From NCBI GenBank assembly GCA_963848965.1, contig CAWKFG010000004.1:512001-576000 (forward strand): a DNA stretch of 64,000 nt, in the 5' to 3' direction. The translations under genes were made by a program, and so were the position numbers. Source of the DNA: an uncultured bacterium. GTDB taxonomy: Bacteria; Babelota; Babeliae; Babelales; Babelaceae. Position 1 is the first letter of the stretch. Every line of letters begins with the position of its first letter. A model generated the notes under the pieces. It searched no databases. It was given only the letters and a program-made list of their open reading frames with translations, and was not told the DNA's origin. This document shows positions 41,401 through 51,900 of this stretch, one piece after another.

Positions 41401-43692
41401 ATGCAAAATAAATTGTGGCTATTTTTAGGCTGTACAATACTCTCTACCAGCCTCTTTGGTGTGGTGGGTATTGACGACTTTAGAAAGTCGTATATCGCCC
41501 CCTCTGGTATGGTAAACAGAAGTGAGCTCATTGCTGAGTTTAATCGGCTTTCTCCGCTGAACCAGAGATTAGCAAATGCAATGCTTATAAACAGATTTAA
41601 GAAAAATATTACCCAATTACGGCAGGAAGAGCTTGCTGCAATAAGAGCTGGAAGAGCTCCTGTATTCTCAAGACGTGCTCCTCGAGTTGCACCTAAGCAG
41701 GTTTTACCTGTTCAACCTTCGGTAAAGGCTGAACGCCCAGATAAACAAGAGCGTAAGCAAAAACAAAAACATCATCAAGATAAGCATGACAAGCGTAAAG
41801 CGAGAATCGCTGCTTTACAAAAGGCTGCAGCACGCAAAGCAACACTTGCTAAAAAAAGAGCTGCTGCTCGAAAAAAAGCGCATGCTTATAAAGCAAAACA
41901 AAAAGCTCAATTAAGAAAAGCGAAAGCAACAGCTTGTAAAATAGCTCGTCAATTACGACAAGCACAAAAAGCACGTGAAGCTCAAGAAAAAGCAGCTAGA
42001 ATAAAAGCTGCTCAAGCACTTGCTGCTCAACAAGCTAAACAATTAGAAGCTGCACGTAAAGCACAAGAAGCACAGCAAGCACAATTACGTGCTGAACGAG
42101 AAGCTGCTAATCAAGCGGTAGTAATTAAATTACGTGAACAGGTAAAAGAAGCTTCTGTACACTTAGCTCAAGAAGTAAGCAAAAAAGATGCTATCAAAAA
42201 AGATCTTGAACAAAGTCTTCTTGACGTAAGAGCACGTCTTGCTGTTGGTCCTCAACCGGATGTTGTACATATTACTAACGACATTACTAATGCACAAGCT
42301 CGTTATGCTCAGTATCAACAAGCTGTTGCAGCGACTGAAAAAAGTGCTTCAGATTTTAACTTCTCAGCACAGCTTATAATTCAAAATCAGCATGTTCCTC
42401 GAAATGAAAAAGAACGTGCTGTTCAACAATCTGCACATGCTCTTAAGGGTGCTCAAGAATCGCGTCACGACAGAGATGCTAAAGCACAAGAACTTAAAAG
42501 AGTTCAAAAAGAGTTTGAGAAGGTAAAGACCCGTATAGGACAAGATGAAGCACTTCGTGCTGAAGTAGAAGGCCTTATGCATATGGCAGAAAATGTGCGT
42601 AAAGACGTGCAAACGGCTTTAGCTGGTATGAATGCTCTTTCTATTGCAGATTTAGACACTAGGCTCAAAAAACTTGATACAACGAAGAAGGAACTTGTAA
42701 GTGCTCTTGGCAAGGCTCTAGAAAACGTTGAAAAAGTAAAACCTGCTCAAGAAGTTAATCTAAGAAACGCTCTTGAAACTGCTCGCAAAGAGATTGCAGC
42801 TCTTGATCTTTCTCCTCTTGCTAAAAGAATTGACGTGCTTAAGGCTCAGCAAGCAGAGCTTGAGAAGAAAGCTGTAGAAGAAGCCAAGCAGGTTGTTGAA
42901 GCAGTAAGCAGAAAGGTAACTGATCTTGCTGAACGATATAACCAATTTAGAGAAGCAAAAGGTAAACTTATTGGCTTAATGAGCGGTGCTCATGTAACTC
43001 ATGATAAGCTAGAAGAAGCTATAACTGAATACAAGAAGCATGTAGGACCGATTACTGCTCGCCTTGAAGATCTCGATAAGGATAACGCTGTGATCAAGCT
43101 TCGTGCAATTGAACCACATAGCGAACTTTTAGATAAAATAGAACAAGTAAAACTTGCTATTCAACCTGGACAAACAGAGGCACTTATACATCGAGCAGAG
43201 CTACAAGCAAAGGCACAGTTATTGAAAGCTCAAGAAGTACCTCCTGTACCAAGTAGAAGTGCTGCACCTGCTGTTGCTCCTGCTTCTTCTCAGGGACCAG
43301 TACCACCTGCTCGAGTAACGCCCGTAACACAACCATCGCAGGTTGTTATTACACTCGATGCAGCAGCACAAAATACTCCTACTTTTAAAGCAGGTAACAT
43401 AACTCTAGATGCACATAAACCAGAAGAATTCATACAGCTTATAGAGAAACTTGATGAAGGTACTGTTGATGCTTTAGCTAAAGAGCTTATTACAGCTACT
43501 GATAAAGCAGACAAAGACGATACTCGCTTGAGCGCCCTTTATAAACTTATGGATATCTATGGTCTTGCCTTCCAAAACAAGCAAGAAAAGGTTAAGGAAA
43601 AAATGCGTCGTCTCATGACACCAGCGTTTAATGCTGTAACAAATACAGGAGATAGTCGTTATATTGGAATACAAGGTCAGATAATACTCTAG
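41401..43692 (+). CDS. Secreted Ala/Lys-rich coiled-coil protein
   Basis: Signal peptide; long AKK/AQE-rich heptad stretches. Confidence 0.8.
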   Translation: MQNKLWLFLGCTILSTSLFGVVGIDDFRKSYIAPSGMVNRSELIAEFNRLSPLNQRLANAMLINRFKKNITQLRQEELAAIRAGRAPVFSRRAPRVAPKQVLPVQPSVKAERPDKQERKQKQKHHQDKHDKRKARIAALQKAAARKATLAKKRAAARKKAHAYKAKQKAQLRKAKATACKIARQLRQAQKAREAQEKAARIKAAQALAAQQAKQLEAARKAQEAQQAQLRAEREAANQAVVIKLREQVKEASVHLAQEVSKKDAIKKDLEQSLLDVRARLAVGPQPDVVHITNDITNAQARYAQYQQAVAATEKSASDFNFSAQLIIQNQHVPRNEKERAVQQSAHALKGAQESRHDRDAKAQELKRVQKEFEKVKTRIGQDEALRAEVEGLMHMAENVRKDVQTALAGMNALSIADLDTRLKKLDTTKKELVSALGKALENVEKVKPAQEVNLRNALETARKEIAALDLSPLAKRIDVLKAQQAELEKKAVEEAKQVVEAVSRKVTDLAERYNQFREAKGKLIGLMSGAHVTHDKLEEAITEYKKHVGPITARLEDLDKDNAVIKLRAIEPHSELLDKIEQVKLAIQPGQTEALIHRAELQAKAQLLKAQEVPPVPSRSAAPAVAPASSQGPVPPARVTPVTQPSQVVITLDAAAQNTPTFKAGNITLDAHKPEEFIQLIEKLDEGTVDALAKELITATDKADKDDTRLSALYKLMDIYGLAFQNKQEKVKEKMRRLMTPAFNAVTNTGDSRYIGIQGQIIL

Positions 43693-43700
43693 GAACTACT

Positions 43701-44117
43701 ATGATAGGAAAAGCACTTTTATACTCTCTTATTTTCAGTATATGCTCTTTGGCATATGCTCTTGATGATCAATATTGGAATAGCATCGTTTGTACAATTG
43801 TACAAAAAGGCGACGCCAAAGGAGAGAAATCAGAGGTTGATAAAGACTTTGCTCTCCAAGCTTATCGTAATATAAGCTCAAAGAGCATCGGTCTTGCAGC
43901 GCTAGCAGGCGAGTTGATTAAACGAACCTTTAACATTGCTGAGTTACCTAAACGGTTTGACGAGCTTTCTCAAGAAGAAGTTGCAAACGAAACGCAAAAT
44001 CTTCTTGTAAAGCCAAAAAGCCACGGTGGCTTTAGAGACTTTCTTGAAGGTCAAAAGGTAACTATTGTTGAAGAGCAAAAAAACTCTCAACGAGCAGTAT
44101 CTGTTAAAGTCAGTTAA
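43701..44117 (+). CDS. Secreted hypothetical protein
   Basis: AGGA RBS, signal peptide ending AYA. Confidence 0.7.
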   Translation: MIGKALLYSLIFSICSLAYALDDQYWNSIVCTIVQKGDAKGEKSEVDKDFALQAYRNISSKSIGLAALAGELIKRTFNIAELPKRFDELSQEEVANETQNLLVKPKSHGGFRDFLEGQKVTIVEEQKNSQRAVSVKVS

Positions 44118-44131
44118 GTAACTACTTAAGA

Positions 44132-44159
44132 GCCGAGGGAAGTTCCCTCGGCCTTTTTT
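44132..44159 (+). terminator. Rho-independent terminator
   Basis: GCCGAGGGAA-G-TTCCCTCGGC followed by C and TTTTTT. Confidence 0.8.
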
Positions 44160-44207
44160 ATGCTATACTAGAGCCCGTTAGTTTCACTCTTTACCTGTGA
44201 GGGCTCT

Positions 44208-45392
44208 ATGAAAATACTTTTTCTCTTCTCTCTATTTCTTTGTACTTCACTCTGTGCATTAGAAGAACCGCCAGTACTTAATGGTATTGATGTGCTTGTA
44301 AAAGATCAGTATACACAACTTAAAGGCCATACTATAGGGCTTATTACCAATCATACAGGTCATAATTATCAAAGAACAAGTACCATTGATTTACTGTATA
44401 AAGCGCCTGGAGTAACACTCAAGGCACTTTTTAGTCCAGAACATGGTATACGTGGCCTCGTAGATACACAGGTAGATGATAGCAAAGATGAAAAAACTGG
44501 ACTGCCTATTTATAGTTTATATGGAGCTACACGTATTCCACAACCAGAACAGCTTAAGAGGCTTACTGCTCTTGTATTTGATATACAGGATATTGGATGT
44601 AGATTCTATACGTATATCTCTACTTTAGGCCTTTGTATGGAAGCTGCAGCAAAAGCAGGATTAAAATTTTTTGTGCTTGATAGAGTAAATCCTATTAATG
44701 GTGTTACTGTCGATGGGCCTGTGCTTGTCGATAAGCCAAGCTTTACAGCATATCATCCAATTGCAGTACAGCATGGTATGACAGTAGGAGAATTAGCATG
44801 CATGTTTAATAAGGAAAAAGAACTGAATCTCGACTTAGTGGTAATTCCTGTACAGGGATGGAAAAGAGAGCAGTGGTTTAGTGAGACAGGACAGCCATGG
44901 ACAAACCCTTCACCAAACATGCGTAGCCTCACACAAGCTACGTTATATCCTGGTATAGGACTCCTTGAAAGAATGGCCCTCTCAGTAGGACGAGGAACCG
45001 ATACACCATTTGAGGTAGTAGGAGCGCCTTATATTAATGAGTTACAGTTATACGCTGAGTTGCATAAAGCAGATCTTAAGGGTGTTACTTTTGTACCTGT
45101 ACAGTTTACTCCTAGAGGAAACATATTTAAGGATGAGCTCTGTAAGGGCGTCAACATTATTGTTCTTGATAGAACGCTTTTTTCTGCCATAGACGTTGGT
45201 ATTACACTTGCACAAGCATTATACACGTTATATCCAAATCAGCTTAATTTTTCACAATTTAATACATTACTGTGCCAATCAAAGACCTTGAAAGCTATTG
45301 AGAATAAAGAATCATCTAAAGAGATTCGGGCATTATGGGCTCTTAGCTTAGAAGAGTTTAAAAGAAGAAGAAGATGCTATTTACTCTACTAA
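44208..45392 (+). CDS. namZ: Exo-beta-N-acetylmuramidase NamZ (DUF1343/YbbC)
   Basis: GLITNHTG, LFSPEHG, FDIQDIGCRFYTY, HGMTVGELA, PSPNM, GRGTDTPF. Confidence 0.9.
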   Translation: MKILFLFSLFLCTSLCALEEPPVLNGIDVLVKDQYTQLKGHTIGLITNHTGHNYQRTSTIDLLYKAPGVTLKALFSPEHGIRGLVDTQVDDSKDEKTGLPIYSLYGATRIPQPEQLKRLTALVFDIQDIGCRFYTYISTLGLCMEAAAKAGLKFFVLDRVNPINGVTVDGPVLVDKPSFTAYHPIAVQHGMTVGELACMFNKEKELNLDLVVIPVQGWKREQWFSETGQPWTNPSPNMRSLTQATLYPGIGLLERMALSVGRGTDTPFEVVGAPYINELQLYAELHKADLKGVTFVPVQFTPRGNIFKDELCKGVNIIVLDRTLFSAIDVGITLAQALYTLYPNQLNFSQFNTLLCQSKTLKAIENKESSKEIRALWALSLEEFKRRRRCYLLY

Positions 45393-45432
45393 AGTAAACT
45401 ATTTTCGACATAGTCGGTGATTCTGTCAAAAT

Positions 45433-45460
45433 TAAGAGGGAAGCATAGCTTCCCTCTTCT
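45433..45460. terminator. Hairpin between convergent namZ and secA
   Basis: AAGAGGG(G)AAGC-ATA-GCTTCCCTCTT. Confidence 0.6.
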
Positions 45461-45461
45461 G

Positions 45462-48017
45462 TTATTTCTTACCGCAGCACTTTTTATATTTTTTACCGGA
45501 GCCGCAGGTACATTCATCATTACGACCAACTTTATCAGCAGTTCGCTGATGAGTTACTTGAATATCTGCCGTTGGATCTTCTGGTCCCATAAGATTAAGC
45601 TCTTCAAATTCGCGCTCACGTCTTCTTTCAAATTCATGGTAGTTGAAGTGCTCAATGTTAATATGGAATACATGATGTACAACTTCTGCCCGAATTTCGC
45701 GCATCATATCTTCAAACATAGCAAATGCTTCACGCTTATATTCAATAAGCGGATTCTTTTGACCCCAGCTACGTAAGCTAATACCTTCTTTTAAGTGATC
45801 AAGGTTAAGCATATGTTGCTTCCATGATTGATCAATTGTTTCAAGCATTACCCACTTATGAGCTTCGCGCATCATCTCTTCTTTCTGTTGTGCTCGAGCT
45901 TGTTCAAGAGTAGTATTGTAGCGTTGCAAGAGAAACTGGAGCAGTCTATCTTGAAGTGCATCTGGTGCAGTTATGCCATCAAATCCTTGGCTCGTAAACT
46001 CTTTTTCATCTATACCTGTCATATGAGCAATTGCTTTTACAACTTCTTGAGCTGCTTCTTGAGTAAGCGTACGTCCTTGTGCATGGGCTGTAACAACATC
46101 TAAAAGAGCACTTTCTATCATATCATGGACAAGCACTGCAATATGCTCTTCGCCTTCAAGCACTTCTCGACGAACCTTATAAATAACTGTTCTTTGTTGA
46201 TTTAATACATCATCATACTCAAGAAGGTTACGTCTAATATCAAAATTATGTTTTTCTACTTTCTCTTGTGCAGCCTCAATACGCTTAGAGATAAAGCCTG
46301 ATTCTATAGTTTCTTCTTCTGTCATACCAATACGCTGCATATTCTTTTTAATGGTATCTCCAGCAAAGATACGAATAAGGTCATCTTCTAAAGAGATATA
46401 GAAGCGCGATTCACCAGGATCTCCTTGACGACCAGAACGACCACGAAGCTGATTATCAATACGGCGACTTTCATGCCGTTCAGTACCAAGAATATAGAGC
46501 CCTCCTGCTTGTACTGATTCTGGAGCAAGCTTAATGTCAGTACCGCGACCTGCCATATTAGTAGCAATAGTCACGTGGCCTTGTTCACCTGCATGAGCTA
46601 CAATTTCTGCTTCCCGCGCGTGATTTTTAGCATTAAGAACATCATGAGGAATATTACTAGCAGTAAGAATCATACTCAGCAATTCAGAAGTCTCAATTGC
46701 AATAGTACCAATAAGTACCGGTTGTCCTTTTTCATGGCGCTGTCTTACATCTTCAGCAATTGCTTTGTATTTAGCATTCTTTGTTAAAAAGATAAGATCT
46801 GCTTGGTCAATTCTGATCATTGGTTGATTAGTTGGAATACTAACAACATCCAGTTTATAAATTTTATGAAACTCTTCTGCCTCAGTGCTTGCCGTACCGG
46901 TCATACCCGCAAGCTTTTTGTAAAGCCTAAAATAATTTTGAAGAGTTATAGAAGCAAGCGTTTGTGATTCACGTTCAATACGAACATTTTCTTTTGCTTC
47001 AATTGCCTGATGCAGTCCATCACTATACCGTCTACCTGGCAAAATACGCCCAGTAAATTCATCTACAATAAGCACTTGATCTTCTTTTACCACGTAATGT
47101 ACATCGCGCTTAAAGAGTGCGTGCGCTCGTAAAGCCTGTGTTACATGGTGCAAGAGCTTTAAATTTTCAAGAGCATAGAGATTTTCAATACCAAAGAATG
47201 TTTCAATCTTGTCATTACCTGACTCAGTTAACTGTACAGAACGAGTTTTTTCATCAACTTCGTAATCGGTTCCTTGCACAAGGTTAAACATCGCTCTATT
47301 TGCATCTACATAAAGCTTACTACTTTCATCAGATGATCCTGAAATAATAAGCGGTGTTCGTGCTTCGTCAATCAAGATAGAGTCAACTTCATCGACAATA
47401 CCATAACTGAGATCTCGTTGTACATAATCTGCTAGCCTGAACTTCATATTATCACGCAGATAATCAAAACCAAGCTCATTATTTGTAGCATACGTAATGT
47501 CAGCATTATATGCATTTTTACGATCTTGATCAGAAGATGAATTTTGAATAATACCAAGAGAAAGACCTAAGTGGTTATAAATAGGGCTCATCCATTCAGC
47601 ATCACGACGAGCCAAATAGTCGTTAACGGTAATTAAATGAACACCTTTTCCTGTAAGTGCATTAAGATACAAAGGCAACGTAGAAGTAAGGGTTTTACCT
47701 TCCCCTGTTTTCATCTCTGCTATTTTACCTTGATGTAATACCATCCCACCAATAAGCTGTACATCAAAGTGGCGTTGCCCTATCTTTCGTCGTGCAGTTT
47801 CTCGAACAACAGCAAATGCCTCAGGCAGAATATCATCAAGCGATCTTCCTCGTTCAAGGTGATCTTTAAACTCACCTGTTTTTGCAGTAAGCTGCTCATC
47901 TGATAATGTTTCAATTGTTCGTTCAAGTTCGTTAATTCTACTAACTAGTGGCTGCAACTTTTTAAGTTGCCGCGCGTTATTTGTTCCAAAAATCTTTGCA
48001 AGTATTGCTGCAATCAT
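45462..48017 (-). CDS. secA: Preprotein translocase ATPase SecA
   Basis: EMKTGEGKT, VDEVDSILIDEARTPLIISG, ATNMAGRGTDI, C-terminal SEC-C zinc motif. Confidence 0.97.
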   Translation of the reverse strand: MIAAILAKIFGTNNARQLKKLQPLVSRINELERTIETLSDEQLTAKTGEFKDHLERGRSLDDILPEAFAVVRETARRKIGQRHFDVQLIGGMVLHQGKIAEMKTGEGKTLTSTLPLYLNALTGKGVHLITVNDYLARRDAEWMSPIYNHLGLSLGIIQNSSSDQDRKNAYNADITYATNNELGFDYLRDNMKFRLADYVQRDLSYGIVDEVDSILIDEARTPLIISGSSDESSKLYVDANRAMFNLVQGTDYEVDEKTRSVQLTESGNDKIETFFGIENLYALENLKLLHHVTQALRAHALFKRDVHYVVKEDQVLIVDEFTGRILPGRRYSDGLHQAIEAKENVRIERESQTLASITLQNYFRLYKKLAGMTGTASTEAEEFHKIYKLDVVSIPTNQPMIRIDQADLIFLTKNAKYKAIAEDVRQRHEKGQPVLIGTIAIETSELLSMILTASNIPHDVLNAKNHAREAEIVAHAGEQGHVTIATNMAGRGTDIKLAPESVQAGGLYILGTERHESRRIDNQLRGRSGRQGDPGESRFYISLEDDLIRIFAGDTIKKNMQRIGMTEEETIESGFISKRIEAAQEKVEKHNFDIRRNLLEYDDVLNQQRTVIYKVRREVLEGEEHIAVLVHDMIESALLDVVTAHAQGRTLTQEAAQEVVKAIAHMTGIDEKEFTSQGFDGITAPDALQDRLLQFLLQRYNTTLEQARAQQKEEMMREAHKWVMLETIDQSWKQHMLNLDHLKEGISLRSWGQKNPLIEYKREAFAMFEDMMREIRAEVVHHVFHINIEHFNYHEFERRREREFEELNLMGPEDPTADIQVTHQRTADKVGRNDECTCGSGKKYKKCCGKK

Positions 48018-48107
48018 CTCTATCCTTAATTATAAATTTTTTATTCTCCAGAAGATAAATACACACTATTATATCATACTCTTACAAGCGAGTCACTACT
48101 CGAGCAG

Positions 48108-48836
48108 TTATTTAAGAGCTACAATAGTAAGCTGCCGTGCTGCTTGTGCTCCTTGGCGTCTATGTGAGCAAAAAGACTCATGACATATTGTACAAATATT
48201 ATAGTTACAATGGAAAGATTCTTTTTTTACTCCGTATGCTTCAAGCAATAGCTTATTAAAAAGAGGCAAATCAAAATAGAGGTCCTGTCTATGGTAAAAA
48301 AGTACCTGATCAGTAAGATCAAATCCTTTAAGATTATTTTCAAAATCAGGAGTCACTTTATAACAACAACCACGGGCTGAAGGACCAAAAAATATTCGTA
48401 TATGCTCAAGCTTTGTACCACATTCTTTTTCCATTGCCTGTACTGTCTTGATCGCTATGTTGCTTACTGATCCCACCCATCCTGCATGGCAAATACCAAT
48501 AGCATGTGAAAGACTATCATAAAAAACAATAGGAAGGCAATCAGCAGTATATACTCCTAAGCCTATATGTCCTAATTGTGTAACGAGGTAGTCACCCTCT
48601 TCCTTATGCTTGATAAGCGCTATTGCCTTATCTGGAGATACCACTATTCCTTTATCACTGTGTGTTTGCTTTAAGAACAGAAGCTTTTCGAGCTGCATAA
48701 GTTTTTTAATGCGATTTAAAGAGCTGTTTTTCCACAACTCTTCTTGTGCACAATCTTGTGTACATACATCACGTGCTAGCCCTGTACGAGCATCACCAAA
48801 ATAAATGGAAAGTAAAGGATCACTATGTAAAATCAT
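48108..48836 (-). CDS. pgeF: Peptidoglycan editing factor PgeF (YfiH)
   Basis: LKQTHS, TADCLPI, CHAGW, ICTIC..FCSHRR. Confidence 0.9.
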   Translation of the reverse strand: MILHSDPLLSIYFGDARTGLARDVCTQDCAQEELWKNSSLNRIKKLMQLEKLLFLKQTHSDKGIVVSPDKAIALIKHKEEGDYLVTQLGHIGLGVYTADCLPIVFYDSLSHAIGICHAGWVGSVSNIAIKTVQAMEKECGTKLEHIRIFFGPSARGCCYKVTPDFENNLKGFDLTDQVLFYHRQDLYFDLPLFNKLLLEAYGVKKESFHCNYNICTICHESFCSHRRQGAQAARQLTIVALK

Positions 48837-48924
48837 GATACAACTAAAATCAATTGCATAATAGTATTTTTATAAGTATACCACAGTTGTCTTACTTTAG
48901 CAAATTGGCTCTCGAAAGCAAGCA

Positions 48925-51900
48925 TCACTTTTTCTCTTCATCCTGTTTTTTGTAACGTTCTTCAAACTCTTTTATCCTTTCTTCGAAAAGAGCTTCACCT
49001 CCACCATCAAGATTAGCTTTTTTACAACATTCTTCTAACTCTTGCATTTCTTTTCTAGCAAGACTGCCAACGTCAAGGATCTGTCGTACTTCTGCAAGTT
49101 CTTTTTTGAGCTTTGGACCTTTTCTTTGTAGTTTCTTCATATGTTGTGTAAGAATCTTTTTAACTCCTATAGCACTAACTTTACCTGCTAAATCAATTGC
49201 ATCAAAGCCATCTTGATTTTTCAATTGCACATTAGCTCCCGCTTGTAAAAGAAGCTTTACTAGTTCTTCCTGCTTTTTTGTAGATTCTACCGTTAAACTA
49301 GAGCCTAGAGTTCTATTATCACATGCAAGTATAAGTGCTGTATTACCTATTTTATTCTGTATATTAATCGATGCCCCTTTTTCAATAAGATATCGCGCTA
49401 CATCTAGGCGTTGATTCATACAAGCAAATAGTAATGCAGTACATCCTTCTTTACTAACTATATCAAGCTTTGCTCCTTTTTCTACAAGAAGCTTTACTAT
49501 ATCATACGAGCCACGCTCAGCTGCGCCCATTAATGGTGTACCTCCTGCAAAGTTCTGAACGTTTGGACAAGCTCCTTTATTCAGTAAAAGCTGTACTATG
49601 TCTAAAGAGTTTACTTCTACTGCCGCTAACAAAGGATTGCCACCAAACTTATTTGATTTTTCTATGTTTGCTCCTCTTTCAAGCAATAAGGTCACAAGCT
49701 CTTTATTTTTCTTCTCACAGGCACCAATAAGTGGGGTACCTCCTAATTTATTTTGTTGGTCTATATCAGCACCTGCATCAAGAAGTAATTGCATAAGTTT
49801 TTCATCCTGTTTTTCACAAGCTACAAGCAGCAGAGTCCCACCTTGTGTGGTAAGTCTATTAACATTGGCACCATATTCAAGAAGAAGCTTAACAGTTTCA
49901 TAGGACCCCTGTGATAGTGCAAGAATTAAGGGACTATTACCATTATTATCACATCCTTCAACATCTATATGTGGAAGAGAAAGAAGCAGTTGTACTATTT
50001 CTTCATTACCTTTTATAAGCGCTTGCATTAAGGGAGTCATACCAGCAGTATTTCTGGCATGTGGATTTGCACCTGCTTCAATAAGGCACTTTACCACTTC
50101 CGGCACACTGCTATCACACGCACAATGAAGAACGGTATTGCCATTAGGTAAAACGTACTTTGGATCTGCTCCGTGGCAAAGCAGCATTTTTACAACGTCT
50201 CTATCTTTTGTTTTTGAGATACATGCTGCACTGAGAGCAATTGCTCCGCAAGGATCGCTTTCAGTTATACAAGCACCAGCACGTAAAAGAATTTCTACAA
50301 TTTCTCGTGACCCTTGAATACATGCAGCCATAAGGGGAGTCCATCCACGTTTATTAACATGATGGATATCTATAGAGGGTACTTTTAAAAGCATTTCAAC
50401 CACTTCTTTTGATTCTGCATCGCAAGCATAAGTTAAAGGAGTTGAGCCATCTTTGTCTTGGATGTTAATTGGTAGGCCTTGTTTTAAAAGAAATTCTAAA
50501 GCTGTTACTTTGTTCCTAATAATGAAATCTTTTAACTCTTCACTAAAATCTGATATCGTGGATATATCTAAATTTCCTTTTTGTACAAGCAGCTCAGCTA
50601 TATCCCAAGCATCCACTGCAAGAACAAGAAAGAGCATTTTATAAGTGGCAGGAAGCCCATAGTCTAAACAGAGCTTTATGAGATCATAGGTAACTCCATA
50701 AGAAAAAAGAAAGTTCTCCACTTCTTTACTTTTGACAAGATAACCATACTTCGCCTTATCAAAAAGAAGTCTAAGTGCTCCTGTTTTTTTCTCTTTAATC
50801 AAGTACTCTATAATTTCTAGTTTGTGTTTATCATTGAGCAATTCAAGAAAGCTATTCCTGTTAAGTGTCTCAAATTCTTCACCAACAGATTCTTGTGAGA
50901 GCTCAGTTAATTCTGAAAATGCAGCTAATTTTCTACAAAGTATTTCCATTTCACGCGTTTCAGCCTGTTTTACGAGCTCTTTGAGCGTTTGGGGAATCCC
51001 TTTAAAGTTAATAAGATCAGAAATAGTTTTGCCTGCCTTATTTCTACACAAAACTGAAGCTCCACTTTGAACTAACATACTACTTATCTCATACCTCTTT
51101 CCTAAAACTGCATAATGAAGAGCTGTACACCCTTGATTATCTTGTGTATTAAGCTCAAGATGTGGACATTCCAAAAGCGCTTGAACTGCTTCTGTATTGC
51201 CTTGTTGTACTGCAACTATTAAAGGGGTTATCCCGCGCTCATGTACATAGTTAAGATCACTAGTTATACCTTGCCTTAATGTTTGATGATCATTAAAATA
51301 GGCTGCTATCATTGCGTGGCAATAGCCTTGTGCTTTAAGTTCCTCAGTTACCCTCTGCCTTCGTTCATGTTCTTGTGCTTGCAACGCCTCTTCTTTTCTT
51401 TTTTGCTCAAACTCTTGCAAACAGGCAACAAGAGGAGTCTGCGATTGAGCATAATATAGAGCAGTATGTCCTGCTTTAGTTTTAGCATGTATATCAGCTC
51501 CCGATGAACACAACACAGTAACCATTTTTATATTATGAGATTTTACTGCTCGCATTACTATAGTTTCTCCGTGCTCATTAGCATAGTCAAGCGCACGAGG
51601 ATAATAAGTAAGAAATGCCTCGACTATTTCTACAGAACAGGTACTTACAAGCTCTAAAAGAGCTTCTCCTGCTTGCTGTACCCCAAACTTAACTATTTCC
51701 TGAGCAAGACATAGATTAAAGAGACTAATATCACCTTCACGAGCTATATTCAAAATCATTTTATATACTAACGTAGGAAGCTGAGAAGCTATAAAACGAA
51801 CGAGTTCAATATCTTTGTTATCTAACGCTCTTTTACAACACGTAAGTATACTTTCCTCTCTTATTATCCCATGTTCAATAAGAAGTTTCATACTAGCAGT

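Noticed and set aside
45417..46787. Antisense ORFs within secA (and similar ones inside tamB, hisS and the ankyrin genes)
   Set aside because: Shadow ORFs opposite well-supported genes
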